Source: Methylococcales bacterium (GTDB lineage Bacteria; Pseudomonadota; Gammaproteobacteria; Methylococcales; Methylomonadaceae). Taken from it: a stretch of 38,688 nucleotides of DNA. The position numbers and the translations under genes were made by a program. The DNA lies in the NCBI GenBank assembly GCA_023134955.1, contig JAGLUC010000345.1, positions 1-38,688 of the forward strand, read 5' to 3'. A model generated the notes under the pieces. That model did no database searches, was not told the DNA's origin, and saw nothing but the letters and a program-made list of their open reading frames with translations. This document shows, piece after piece, positions 24,001-27,497 of the stretch. Every line of letters starts with the position of its first letter. The first letter of the stretch is position 1.

Positions 24001-27000
24001 CTTGGGCGATCATGGTTATATTGACTATGTATCAATAGATGGTGATCTGAGTGATATTGATGTAATAGAAAGTACTTCTACCACCGTAGGCGGCGGCAGT
24101 GATGGCATCCGCAGTGGTTTTGGCAACGACATTATTCTAGGCGGACGCTTTGGCGACCAAATCAACAGCCTGGGTGGTGACAACCTCATCCTTGGTGATA
24201 GCGGTAGTATTACCGCCGCCAATACTGGTACAGCACAACTGGCAGGACAATCCATCACTCTAGGGTTAATTACCAGCACCGAATTTGATGACGGCGGTGC
24301 CGACACCATCACCACCGGTGCAGGTCAAGACATCGTATTGGGCGGAGATGAAGGCGATATTATAGCTACAGGTGATGGCAGTGATATTGTACACGGTGAT
24401 AACGCGCGTCTGGATTACACCAGTGGTAGTTCAATTACACTTGATTTAATTGAAACGCTTGCTAATGATATAGGCGGTGAGGACATCATTCGAGGTGAAG
24501 GTGCCGATGATATATTAATTGGTGGTACTTTAGCTGACCGCATTGATGGTGGTAGCGAAGAAGATCTGATTTTTGGCGATAATGTTAATCTGGATCGTAG
24601 CGCTACTTATGGTAATTTTACTAATCTACGATTCCAGACATTGACGGGCTCCGAAATTTACGGCAGTGGTTTAAATGTGAATGGTTTTGTTGAAGGAGAA
24701 GTGTTGATTAGTAATACTGCACAACTTGATCCACAGGGCATGTCTGCATTTTGGTCTGATTTCCAGATTACATTGCTTGACCATGATGATGCTAGTAATA
24801 CAAACAAGTTCGGTGACGATTATATTGCCGGTGGCGCTAATGATGACCAAATATTTGGTCAGTTGGGTAATGATGTAATTCAGGGTGATGGCACTATTGA
24901 CCTGAATGTATCAGCGGCTCGGTTAGCAGCAGATGGAACGCTTAGTCTGAGTGCCTCGGTGGAAGATTTTGATCATTTTGATGAGTCAAACTTGGTCTTC
25001 TCTGTTGAAGGTAATGATGGTGATGACTATATCGAAGGTAATGGCGGTGATGATGTTATTTTTGGTAACCTTGGTCAAGATGACATTATAGGTGGCAGCT
25101 CGACGTTATTTAGCCTTGATAGCCAAGGTCACCGTCCAGATGGAGCCGATTTGCTTTTTGGTGGTGCAGGTGTTGATGTTATTCGAAATAATTTGGGTGA
25201 TATTAGCCATGCTGTCGATTCCGACATGATTCTGGGTGATAATGGCAATATCTATCGACTAGTCACTGGCGGCACGAGTAATGCTTATCTTGGTTTTACT
25301 TATGATAACTATGGTGGAGAAAAAATCATTGTGCGTGCGGCAGAACTTATTGACTACACAGCAGGTGAAGCTCACCTGGATGTCAATGGACTGAGTTCGG
25401 ATATCGGTGCTGCAGATGAGATTCATGGTGAGTCGGGCGATGATTTTATTTATGGCATGGTCGGTAATGATGTTTTATTCGGTGACGGCCAGGATGATGA
25501 CCTAATCGGTGGCTATGGCCATGACTGGATATCAGGTGGTACTGGCGATGATGGCATACTTGGTGATGATGGTTTGATTTATACCAGTAGAAATGGTGTA
25601 ACAGGAGAGTCTTTATATGGTATAGGCGCTGTTGTAGAACAAACAATCAGTACACCAGGAGATTTTCAGCAAGCTACTATTAATGTTTTAGGCGAGCTTA
25701 AAAAGACTGTTAATTTAACACCTTTTAATGTTGACCTAAATACAGCACTTCAAGACCACTTATATGATGCTCAGTTTGCTGATGACATAATCTATGGCGG
25801 CTGGGGAAATGATTTTTTACATGGTGGTTCTGGTGATGACGCTATTTCCGGAGCAGAAGCATTAAATAGTTTCTACTCTGTACCGAGTAATTTAGGTGAT
25901 GAACTAGGCTATAACAGTTTAATAGTGGGGGAATTTGTCGCTTATGACGAATTTAACCCATTACTTAAAATTAATAACTTCTTCCTTAATTTTAATGCTG
26001 GTGAAGGTGAGGTAGTGCTTGGGGAAGCAGTCCTAACTGATGGTAATGACCGGATATTCGGTGACCTGGGTAACGACTGGCTAGTCGGGGGAACAGGAAG
26101 AGATCATCTATATGGAGGTTATGGTGATGACCTACTCAATGCCGATGATAATCTTGACAGCAATGGCGGTCTCAATGATGTTCCAGATGGCCCTCAAGCC
26201 TCTTACGAGGATTTGGCATTTGGTGGCGCTGGTCGCGATATATTAATAGCCAATACAGGTGGCGACCGCTTGATAGATTGGGCAGGGGAATTTAACAGCT
26301 TTGTTGTACCTTTTGCACCCTTTGGTTTAGGGACAGTCAGCCGGGCTTTGCAACCACAAATTGCAGACTACCTCTATGATTTATCAGCAAGTGATGGTGC
26401 GGATTCGACTCGTGCTGCTGATACTGGTACAAATATTGCCAGAAATGGGGAGCCAGATGGTGAGCTAGGTCTCGTTACACAGCAAGATACTGATTGGCAA
26501 GATCAGACTGGAGCACCTGCTGATCCACAACCTGGTAATGTGGCAGGCGGTGCGCGTGACGTATTGCGAAGTGCTACTTCAAATCTATTGGCACAAGAAG
26601 CGGCCATAATAATATCTGCAGAAGAGTTAAGTCAGATACAATTAACAGAGATTGTTAATACGGCTAAATCATCTTGGCAAGAATCAAGATTATTAAATCA
26701 AGCATCACTTTCCAAATTAGATAAAGTGGAGATAAGAATTGCTGATCTAAATGGTTTGAAACTAGGTCATACAGCGGGTAATAGCATCTATATAGATATT
26801 AATGCAGCGGGTCACGGCTGGTTTATAGATACCACGCCAGATATTAACGAGGAATACCAACGCAATGGCGAAGAATATAGCCTGACAGCACTAAATAATA
26901 CTGCGGCTAGTGATAATATGGATTTACTCACAGTAGTTAAACATGAGTTAGGACATATTTTGGGCTATGCACATGATAGTAATGGTGGTTTAATGGAAGA

Positions 27001-27418
27001 TACCTTACAGGTCGGTGAGCGAAAACTAATAGTACCTGAGGCGCTAAACTTCACAAGTAATGTAAAATCGGATAGTGCTACAACGCTTTCAAAAATAGTG
27101 GAAAAAGCAACATTTAGTGCTAAAAAATTACTTGGCATTAGCACACAACAAGGAAATATTGATTTTCAATATTTTGATGAGCTATTTGGTGTCTTTAATA
27201 ATCAGGAGGTCACTATAGAACCTGAGGATAGCAAAGAAGACTTTTTGATCTTTAGTAATGATAAAAACCAGGATGGTAAAGAAAACCATGCAACCCAGTA
27301 TCAACTAAGAAAAGGGCATGAATCTAATGGCTCAGATCAACGAGCAACGGAAAATAAAGCTGAAGGAAGAGAAACGGAACTCACTGTTTTAATTGACTGG
27401 AGTGACGGAGAAGACTAG
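2..27418 (+). CDS. Giant repetitive exported protein (>9,135 aa, 5'-partial): filamentous adhesin-like beta-solenoid repeats, RTX Ca2+-binding repeats and a C-terminal metzincin-like zinc peptidase domain
   Basis: Uninterrupted frame to TAG at 27416-27418. Codons before the TTG at 11 (aat ttt aat) are open, so the true start is probably upstream. Many GGxGxDxI/L nonapeptides at ~21200-26300. HELGHILGYAH at 26942-26974. Composition is rich in G/A/S/T/V/D/N and poor in K/R. Confidence 0.93.
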   Translation, partial: NFNLAQSTLSVDSSSFGFSGIENLNLQGGDSGNIFTIEDWTGGFSITGGLGEDSLVGSSIIDNDWAIDGQNSGFLNDQSFLSIESLFGGAVNDDTFTFEQAGTLSGVVEGGDAGYDIVVLAGTYGNIDYQVTGEQSGIFDLDGDILTFGGMEPIIVNSAGTFTISGTTGDDNGVNSIILEDVNDSSEVTMQISGLGETIAFLDNPIDKLVINGLAGNDTVIVDSVDSAFNAALEITAESILIEDTATINTTHDIILIALADSDSGIQTAEIFIDGDITTTGHLKLAAQVDNVITTASFSSISEITASSAQALVRDGASLDVGTLEITAHTNVDISATLTTNSPLALVTIESTQTTYAGIAGNVSVKVGSGSIGGVLGNPSLLIEAIDSSEIETTINHTALGALLGSALNTGFDAYISSIDISRDTQAFLGDGSGTINSVPVAPSTGLVWVYAENKDGANAGIDGKVESFLFGMHSNTASKDDVLAFVDNAQMNVASLELTAKNTSSYSADSKVSSNNVTGQTKAYIVDSTISAAPTSNTDGVIILASDTASYTALSDDFQADLLDFSTIEFGKASAINEVNKPTMAYISNSDVDVTGGDVSVTAINNVQLSAIAKAVTVIDNNGIFDTYSLSLGGTFAANELFGNVEAYIAGSTIDVAGSGSDVLISSTNTTALDARAEASTKATGGSGSAVGITVAFNAIGWDVTNFLGATLDTLIGTELATTDQSMLTLASISNSTVNAGGQVSVTALSEQGINSTVSNVAESVASALFGAKGMAVAGIVASNRVSSAARAYIKDNDDSDGMPTEVIAGDRISVSAEDSAGIYSNSKLVSSSITTNDGGAEVLQDITNFFLNADHTTDNLAVTLAFGDRVRLAADYADGGNAGSVYEYLGQDGFDPTDADMSETDLSGVDYSDLDYWKEVSETQLIPQGLNVTGSDSVAVGGIVVVNDVRAGVEAYIDNATVTTSNGDIALTALENAQIKATADSTAESSGGSAFGTGTSIAVNATIATNLVQSTASARITNSIVQAQDNTLDEGLGNISIDAQNTAILEATTLISTTTGDTAVGAVLAFNTVGWEAQNVLFNTLDALLGTPIGVENPAAVEALIKDSDIQADGDLTLIAQSTAAITAKVGNETTAAASALFGASATSFSGILSANRVSSEAQAYIDNTGITPNIVDPDIEIRGGIAISAKDMAVIGSQTRLLSTTSSSNDGGTGLVNSLAKTLLDGYQYTTNSGTQMLDFGDKVRLTDGVEYTGGGEPGVVYEFMGVDSTQIILGTEDYSNKDFWKKLNDDNIIPTSIGKTLLKEAGAKLGGGAESMSGLVSRNDVRSDVDAYIVAAVVEAADGDIVLTALEDATIIAKDSSEVSALDAKAGVIVNNLVLSEADAAIRDSQVTALDVSGGNGNISLDARNTSTIEATALGSVKGKEVIGFTVAFNTIGWQAQDLLTQTVDALIGAPHIAEASDPVALSNEAGTQDIGFRDVVEFVTGFGTGDNNGDRYEFQGTAEEGEGLNLANQDYTDTTKWRKLLAIDVFGGLQPARGQAYTQDSVIVADGDLSLTAISAANLTATLGSESSAIKKTDFAIRAKYGTSGMGGGALLAGNKVSSEAKAFIDNTGITTAPGVLNIDVNGAVTISADDTAGILADIDLKVESSTTSTLDALKGVAGTLGLDDYEYTIASGTRTVAPGLAEVIASGEDPFDPANGFAARQSGDRVWVSQDYIDNNGLTALLTQGVYEYTGIEATLDLGDPASADYTSGDWHRLAQADYEDILFPEIGNVTDSDSRAFGGLVAMNDVRGDVEAYITNATVEAGSIAMSAKENALISSTATSNVSSSGGSAFGTGTSLAVNGQIVTNLVLSHSRAYIDDSTVGTTGTGDIAIDAQNTSSIDATLNSSTQTGDTAVGISLAFNSIGWKPQNVLFNAVDTLLGDPLISEAFNGEDPALVESYILNSDINAGGDLFITADNNTQLNATVSNAASSEASALFNASGAAYGGILASNKVNSQARAYIDRMGVATVHADGNITITADDNAGIYSNSKLVSSSITTNDGGAAVLQETLNDLLPAEYTARNTPESVTLAFGDRIRLDDDYAGGGNAGSVYEYLGQDGFDPTDNDTSTTDLSGVDYSDLDYWKEVSETQLIPQGLNVTGSDSVAVGGIVVVNDVRARVEAYIDNATVTTSNGDIALTALENATIIANVDSTASSSGGSAFGTGTSLAVNGSIATNVIQSSSKAYIIDSMVTGGDLSDSDGNAFGNIDINAANTSLLEAINKSMTSSGDTGVGVVLAFNSIGWMTSNVLFNSIDALLGDPLISSAFNGERPAEVQAFIQNSTVDADGSLGLNALSNAVINSEISNETTSAASALFDATGLAVGAILSSNKVSSEAQAYIGIADHRSDSGTLWVEQGDRVKHVGAVYEYNGTEGAINLADSSQNYVTNTADWTSVSVNNDIDADDGLTINAADNATILADNSLKALSTTTNDGGTSILAGHIESALNEYGFTTNSGTQDVSNGSLVYLASDYTDVGGAAAQTVYRYKGASLELDLGTQNYGDSNGDWVLIDPLDLESFTPPGVNLNVSSSDSTAIGGLVVLNDVRGSVDAYINTAQVDVSTFVSITATENAKIDALNTSVAKADGGSAFVGGSTIAVNAVIATNLVLSGAKAYIADSNVNAISGDVQVQAFNTAEINAVIDSETTVEGGGDSFAIGVTLAFNSIGMNSQNLLFNTIDALFGTDIANENPVQASAKIINSNVVAGGSILVNARSEMDIDATMTNAALATSVSLEDSTSVTVAPIVALNRGSSEALASIENSNEVTAQNGDITVSAQDISAIHADVSASSASIAVSAGKSISVAVATSFARNQLRSVVDAAILDSGSTATPVSALNGAIIVSAERNASIHASSVASALSFSASGGSGVGVSGGGAVAINRILGRTDASVERSVLIADSVTITAQSSSDIDATVVAATLSGAISLDGGTAVAVGIAVADNWIGWDDTAAAETYASDQVPTTLVANDVVKVVEGGRLGEHYKYIGANQTGGVDLSIQDYGNPSLWERVGLSREGSETAAHMDDSAILSSIDAKADLTIEANAEQLIIATVFAGSMAIGAGKNGVGVAAGGVFARNRIASDPRAYISGDDNDNEITVDKATITAYDRSTIDSFAGTASIAGAFGGQNGIAVSVGLTIAMNEISNQVSAYVFDADLHVNGSDHQDGVQIGAYAGAASNHTVVSPSVNADDLDDAAQQDMAEGSNDTVILDATDASGDVTIISNLLADLNSQLSIAEQISGNISLSKISDDLGWVLVDEKGRTFNLNFNASNDLEFSRASINSVALAASLAASFGGSSSVAVSGAGAYSENIIITATNAYISASEVDSVGDISITANNISSISANVIAASMAVGVSGGTGVGASIGVAIARNFIGIERDGTNSAALVQTYTAASNVFSDGNLTLNAHSDQSIQAVTFAGSVAIAASGSGAISFSGSGVYVENVVNVETRAYIDGDRSPATGKAISADNITIDATNTSSISTFAGAASIAASVGSASVAISVGLSLAQNDIGGVIEAAIRNVDAGVEATNGAVTINAKDEAEITVTSAAASIAAAFGSVGVAVSGAGAEATNYINSDTSAHITASSVDATGDVSVVADATGVIRSAVVAASAAVAVGATGVGASVGVAVSRNLIGYKQGTAAAIYDTSDIAVPSLTKNVTTVEVLEGARAGDVFKYIGDSVSDETYDMRKQDFSNTDLWEQINLEQANKGSIASIYDTSDTAVPALTKNVTTVEVLEGERAGDVFKYIGDSVAAGSYDMGIQDFSDIDLWEQINVDKNSNSIKAFLLDSSITAGGALLVDASSTQSIDALAFAGSVAVAAGSVGVAVSGSGVGVENRIATDIHAFISGSGVSGINAQYITVNADDDSSIDAFGGAVGVSAAFGAVGVGVALGVSTVINEIANDVTAFISNAVDITTDGVNGLGQGVTVSASSPDQEIPDLALSSTGYTAAELDDAAGVETDDDNQTDTAAEINDRNFDAATLNALKTALINTGAEVVGQLRITVVTESKAWTVVDERGSSFSINLNGSSFVASRASINAVVGAAALSVGVGAFGGAVSGAGAVALNAIQSTIKAYIDSSDIDANGGGDILVDARSDSQINALVLSVSLAVGVGATGVGAALGVSVARNFIGFDLAGNSVANSGETTAYTLNSTIDAQGDLLIQAESSQEIRALVMAGSAAVAGGAVGVAVSGSGVYAENKIGANTEAYIEGDGVGIVADNITVSAKDTSEIDAIAAATSIAAAVGSVGVGVSLGLSLADNAISSTVNAKIDNAGDTVHARAGNINVTADDMSSIRATSAAATLSVTAGLTSVAVSGAGAWAKNTIETATSAIIEDSTINADGGSVVVVANGSASIEAQIISAALSLGVGGVGVGVSVGASLAENTIGGNATNGVFAHVLRSTVTADQDVTVNADMSSTIDATVAAISVAVAGGVVGAAGAGSGADTNNTLDYGVKATIEDASVTVANIVNVLVTDDSEIDSFVGAASVAGSAGLVGGSISIAVSLSDNIVTNEIEAFIDNSSVTAKTVNVTADDDSEVDAHAEAAAVSTSISLGFSVSGSGAETRISGNNTVKSYVTGTGGNDVFNLTHDLNVKATSTPDYFGDVGVSSVAIGLASFAANGGVVNVSVKPDISAYVENVTVNADEIDVDAIAQIRAKGTAWGMSISTGLSMGVSQVNVTTDADVDAYVGGNTGIFNIRAMQVNATAADNPNVGGMTGQAKATSSAGGLLLGASSTVANTYNYNTITARVLAGADVNASGTVTVTANNEIKQEADANSAAGGLIGVGSSSSKATSNTVTRAEVESGVSLNANRLNISALGESENFADTTAGSGGVVSGAAAAPETNTTSIVEALIGASADINLSGVNGKLAITASHIALPNTKVKTDSYGLIAGSGAVADNAITSDVLIRIGNNADVSAQNINLNATNKLDKLDVSGTNIDGDAGGLASGASANSDTVVDFSTIVEFDANSTVDVTDVDGEFIAKAFNEIKAVDQVSLFTAGAISGAGAFTSLITTQNLAQILIDDNATVTSKGDIELEAQGATDVYLQSYSETYGAATVALGDAIIEITPENRIDINNGAYLLAEGDLFISAGTDKDLRIADHDLEARVDNFAGSIIPIDDLETRALYIVDNIIYVHAGGAIESYQNIDLNADEFGLASVIGEAKGTNWASALGDAIDSALGGNNETFGPGEGLADAHGQVINDGTIRTGAKRVKTLVLDTIDAVTGEVSSSTPTDLTFSSSLQTVESSKQKSLNDAFQNLARYKVIDPATGDWVNPDLVDFYEAEIVRLQQEMLDEGLARELSDGSGGTEIVAIAQSAITVTIDPATAQAGRVRVLTDQLSGTGLFDSPKDALISIINDTQAFLIINGLEIPEVNGGVVFNGIDVTDSVSSTAANNLILVENAVAVSKDNNHQVASVPSVNLVTPSLNFSAESLSAAGALPEIIIQNTYDVRDAGASFPPWPDITIDGPVLNLRGNLSILNNPVSGAKGDVVINAEVSALTQNIVAGGSVFIELIGDNTAFNVKGAPYSNWLGGNLTGNGTRDAAIGENDVEVFPGVTIDGDHDIADFLDVTPTTPSLQGDRITIKAEYINVNGIIQSGKADFSLTLDAAVKAQIDDIRSGTRTETTLETNNNDFLVEYTDGQVVISELRPSGGFVDLTGHVMNTRNGEIIVYGGFPDIHIVNNMVFAEGEIPEIVINRIDASERGDGTLIIKDKAKGESDGFIEKLVWNETTQDFDVVLEAATVPYTTIYQVQNDGTVQVIETGKSTVNSSANSFVYNPETGYRHGWSVGQSSITETIREYTLSDWLGIDAFVPDKHEPDKVDTRILSTALIEDSDYFFKDTSLNNVAYTFNSVSVDGFSQEERTGYNERSTWYGTNHYWYQYTKLEGDTSTFTHTIEADRPIGVSFIGHEQGSVFIDGGNSNIIVNGAIQNETGDTTIITSGTITSTASSDASASGSVGGRIIDLTGKQVGTDLSALRVDLSDTVSDQRLDVTSAGAVFVKEIDGDLWVGEIVAGAGEEATLTAHNSILRASSGTSLITGGEINLTADSGDIGNATSLLSINTGAREGDNLSAYATGGIHISETAGDLRLFEILAGGDVTVEVLGGNLLDGNTTEINDDRAIEELRNSVWADLQLTDYADGVLTGAASAKIQETKDSLSNAKTSEYKTYWSWRMVQSDHLVFRVGSGVYDGFALLQMSTDELAFYDDFYRQQGIDDGLSGVALDDFVDAAVLTLLTTRTEQYRTLDATYGSDGGSDGDVDTFDEEYLVALTQAEIEAIEASIKIWTEEELINGIGIGILKPVTDTDIVIEDPNIVGSAITLNVSGSIGRTGGQELIPITAGGNLTEEQRITLGAAERDDVFYLVTDREQATVNFDAGNNTITRTSGTWGSEFVAGMVIQVEGTTANATEEGPFYTILSVVGGTITVDGSRTALTSTESLESVHVSGIALDPRGVTVDVTASVSGGNTIIRSSGEDFSGLFAGMKILLSGDTVNGNDADSLYEIQSVSGNVITLLGTPGLTNETSISLVVDQYVELVAVQVQLREDLDIVASGVVTLNAGNETFIGTESNITLNEVNVAGNLRIKANGSILNGLDGSATNIISDNLLLEAGSGSIGAVGSDNRIYLDLGATSTVIARALGDIVLTERTGDMNVATLFSKSGDVDLVSNGSILDAIAEDFVNIEANDIRFEAGASIGADGNALDIEARGDGSALGKGLLTATAVGDIFITEAFGDMNIRNILSTAGDVTLTSALSIFDAMDLVDPANPNLGDDSLSVSLPKADVLGDNITLVARLGFIGIDGNELDIDSRRGGNGLLSSQSAQNTYIIETSGDVFIDQVGTDAMTAFITATVGGIYNGAALGVSNVTGGRAFLSANTNIGTSAKRLFTQIGTIQSISITGSTFVTNDGALDINQIRGAVGQIAGGDINTMASSPVTVLADMIAAGNITVDANESAANDYDVITVNSGVTVDAGGSIFFNAGDHIVVQSGATIEANNDITFNTDVANLDAGGGDITITGLVDAIAGTVTLASNSDNDSFVVDGAIKAGDQVLVTMGNGADTFIVTGSILSNALLSVNTGAGNDVFTVISGGLLQSNSGNVEINTEAGEDTLLVAETGTLAGTSIAIASGDSNDQITIEGMLDAGTSTILIDAGAGEDVVLLDTPILIGQTTVFGGADDDLITVNRLPTQGATDTLMLDGGEGNDDHIVNLTDPATVAGLGTEYRIDVFDTGIGDTDTLTVNGTALADNILMRASEKQKVDGGVAFVAALHNDDPTIAVERINYDKGLEELIVETGDGDDNVSLDDNWVTTTVRGGAGQDNFQIGQIFKTARDAANANIALEDEFETVLSTRGHLSNGVSFETTIEGGDNEDTFVVFRNSARLNLFGDDGDDLFVIRSFAEEGSSDSDIDLGEGADTVEYVSNAAVNVIGGNGNDTLQFIGTEFGDDFLITNNSIRGAGRTITYQEIENLEIDGAEGDDNFFVFSTNENVITKLFGGLGNDSFSIGGDSGSVVVADNAIEAEQEGPHNVAGILGALEIYGFSGNGTAGGLGDPVMLPGETNVLPSDGTVLGYQVGDNTDDTMTVLTSALQTVISNDEDLDDLQSLIGQTLEISSGAGISRFWAITAVVDNNGTNTTLSLQNPTLPAEEWEDPTIGSEYAITHLSANFFVDESLALDKVTVFNDGSSLNSSGLLTANTLTGLDMVAVGISYGDFEAFELLLGTGNDDFTVDSTADGVITAIHGGAGDDLITINSRGGLDSRGLDGSLVVFGDTTQDGSRYIDSNTVLLPGFAYGFDTVGNDTIDASSAVKMVSIYGGGGNDIIIGSQAGDHLAGGSGDDVITGLDGLDHIYGDSGINLELDTRVLTIVTVDTSSEDARDVLLAGSDIIDAGEGDDIIFGDHGIIDQTVNTVRILSTSNIERISTTEETVGLDDIIIGGLGNDRILAGNAEDQVTDLMDNNIILGDHGYIDYVSIDGDLSDIDVIESTSTTVGGGSDGIRSGFGNDIILGGRFGDQINSLGGDNLILGDSGSITAANTGTAQLAGQSITLGLITSTEFDDGGADTITTGAGQDIVLGGDEGDIIATGDGSDIVHGDNARLDYTSGSSITLDLIETLANDIGGEDIIRGEGADDILIGGTLADRIDGGSEEDLIFGDNVNLDRSATYGNFTNLRFQTLTGSEIYGSGLNVNGFVEGEVLISNTAQLDPQGMSAFWSDFQITLLDHDDASNTNKFGDDYIAGGANDDQIFGQLGNDVIQGDGTIDLNVSAARLAADGTLSLSASVEDFDHFDESNLVFSVEGNDGDDYIEGNGGDDVIFGNLGQDDIIGGSSTLFSLDSQGHRPDGADLLFGGAGVDVIRNNLGDISHAVDSDMILGDNGNIYRLVTGGTSNAYLGFTYDNYGGEKIIVRAAELIDYTAGEAHLDVNGLSSDIGAADEIHGESGDDFIYGMVGNDVLFGDGQDDDLIGGYGHDWISGGTGDDGILGDDGLIYTSRNGVTGESLYGIGAVVEQTISTPGDFQQATINVLGELKKTVNLTPFNVDLNTALQDHLYDAQFADDIIYGGWGNDFLHGGSGDDAISGAEALNSFYSVPSNLGDELGYNSLIVGEFVAYDEFNPLLKINNFFLNFNAGEGEVVLGEAVLTDGNDRIFGDLGNDWLVGGTGRDHLYGGYGDDLLNADDNLDSNGGLNDVPDGPQASYEDLAFGGAGRDILIANTGGDRLIDWAGEFNSFVVPFAPFGLGTVSRALQPQIADYLYDLSASDGADSTRAADTGTNIARNGEPDGELGLVTQQDTDWQDQTGAPADPQPGNVAGGARDVLRSATSNLLAQEAAIIISAEELSQIQLTEIVNTAKSSWQESRLLNQASLSKLDKVEIRIADLNGLKLGHTAGNSIYIDINAAGHGWFIDTTPDINEEYQRNGEEYSLTALNNTAASDNMDLLTVVKHELGHILGYAHDSNGGLMEDTLQVGERKLIVPEALNFTSNVKSDSATTLSKIVEKATFSAKKLLGISTQQGNIDFQYFDELFGVFNNQEVTIEPEDSKEDFLIFSNDKNQDGKENHATQYQLRKGHESNGSDQRATENKAEGRETELTVLIDWSDGED
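2629..2938 (+). repeat. 310-bp direct repeat, copy 1 (copy 2 at 6268-6577)
   Basis: Manual ungapped alignment at offset 3639 bp (in frame) gives about 16 mismatches in 310 bp (~95%), including a perfect run of ~114 bp at ~2747-2860. Confidence 0.95.
6268..6577 (+). repeat. 310-bp direct repeat, copy 2 (copy 1 at 2629-2938)
   Basis: Same alignment. Both copies encode GGNAGSVYEYLGQDGFDPTD...DLSGVDYSDLDYWKEVSETQLIPQGLNVTGSDSVAVGGIVVVNDVRA. Confidence 0.95.
11049..11443 (+). repeat. Tandem duplication, period 213 bp / 71 aa (copies ~11049-11230 and ~11262-11443)
   Basis: Both copies encode IYDTSDxAVPxLTKNVTTVEVLEGxRAGDVFKYIGDSV...YDMxxQDFSxxDLWEQIN. Long identical DNA runs include ttaactaaaaatgtaacgacagtagaagtgct and acgagcaggtgatgtctttaaatatattggtga. 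Confidence 0.93.
21200..26300 (+). repeat. RTX / hemolysin-type calcium-binding repeat region of the giant protein
   Basis: Dozens of motifs such as GGAGDDLI, GGGGNDII, GGSGDDVI, GNGGDDVI, GGYGHDWI, GGTGDDGI, GGWGNDFL and GGTGRDHL. Boundaries are approximate. Confidence 0.9.
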
Positions 27419-27497
27419 AGCTTTTTCAGCTAAAAAATGACCTGCTCTGAGGAGGGCTAATGAATTTAACTTTATTAATAATAATGAGAAAAATAAA

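Noticed and set aside
16..25646. Numerous 60-320-aa minus-strand and alternate-frame ORFs overlapping the giant gene (e.g. 19639-20598, 3844-4491, 2752-3357)
   Set aside because: They are shadow ORFs produced by the biased codon usage of the real gene. They are S/P/T/A-rich mirror translations with no recognisable motifs.
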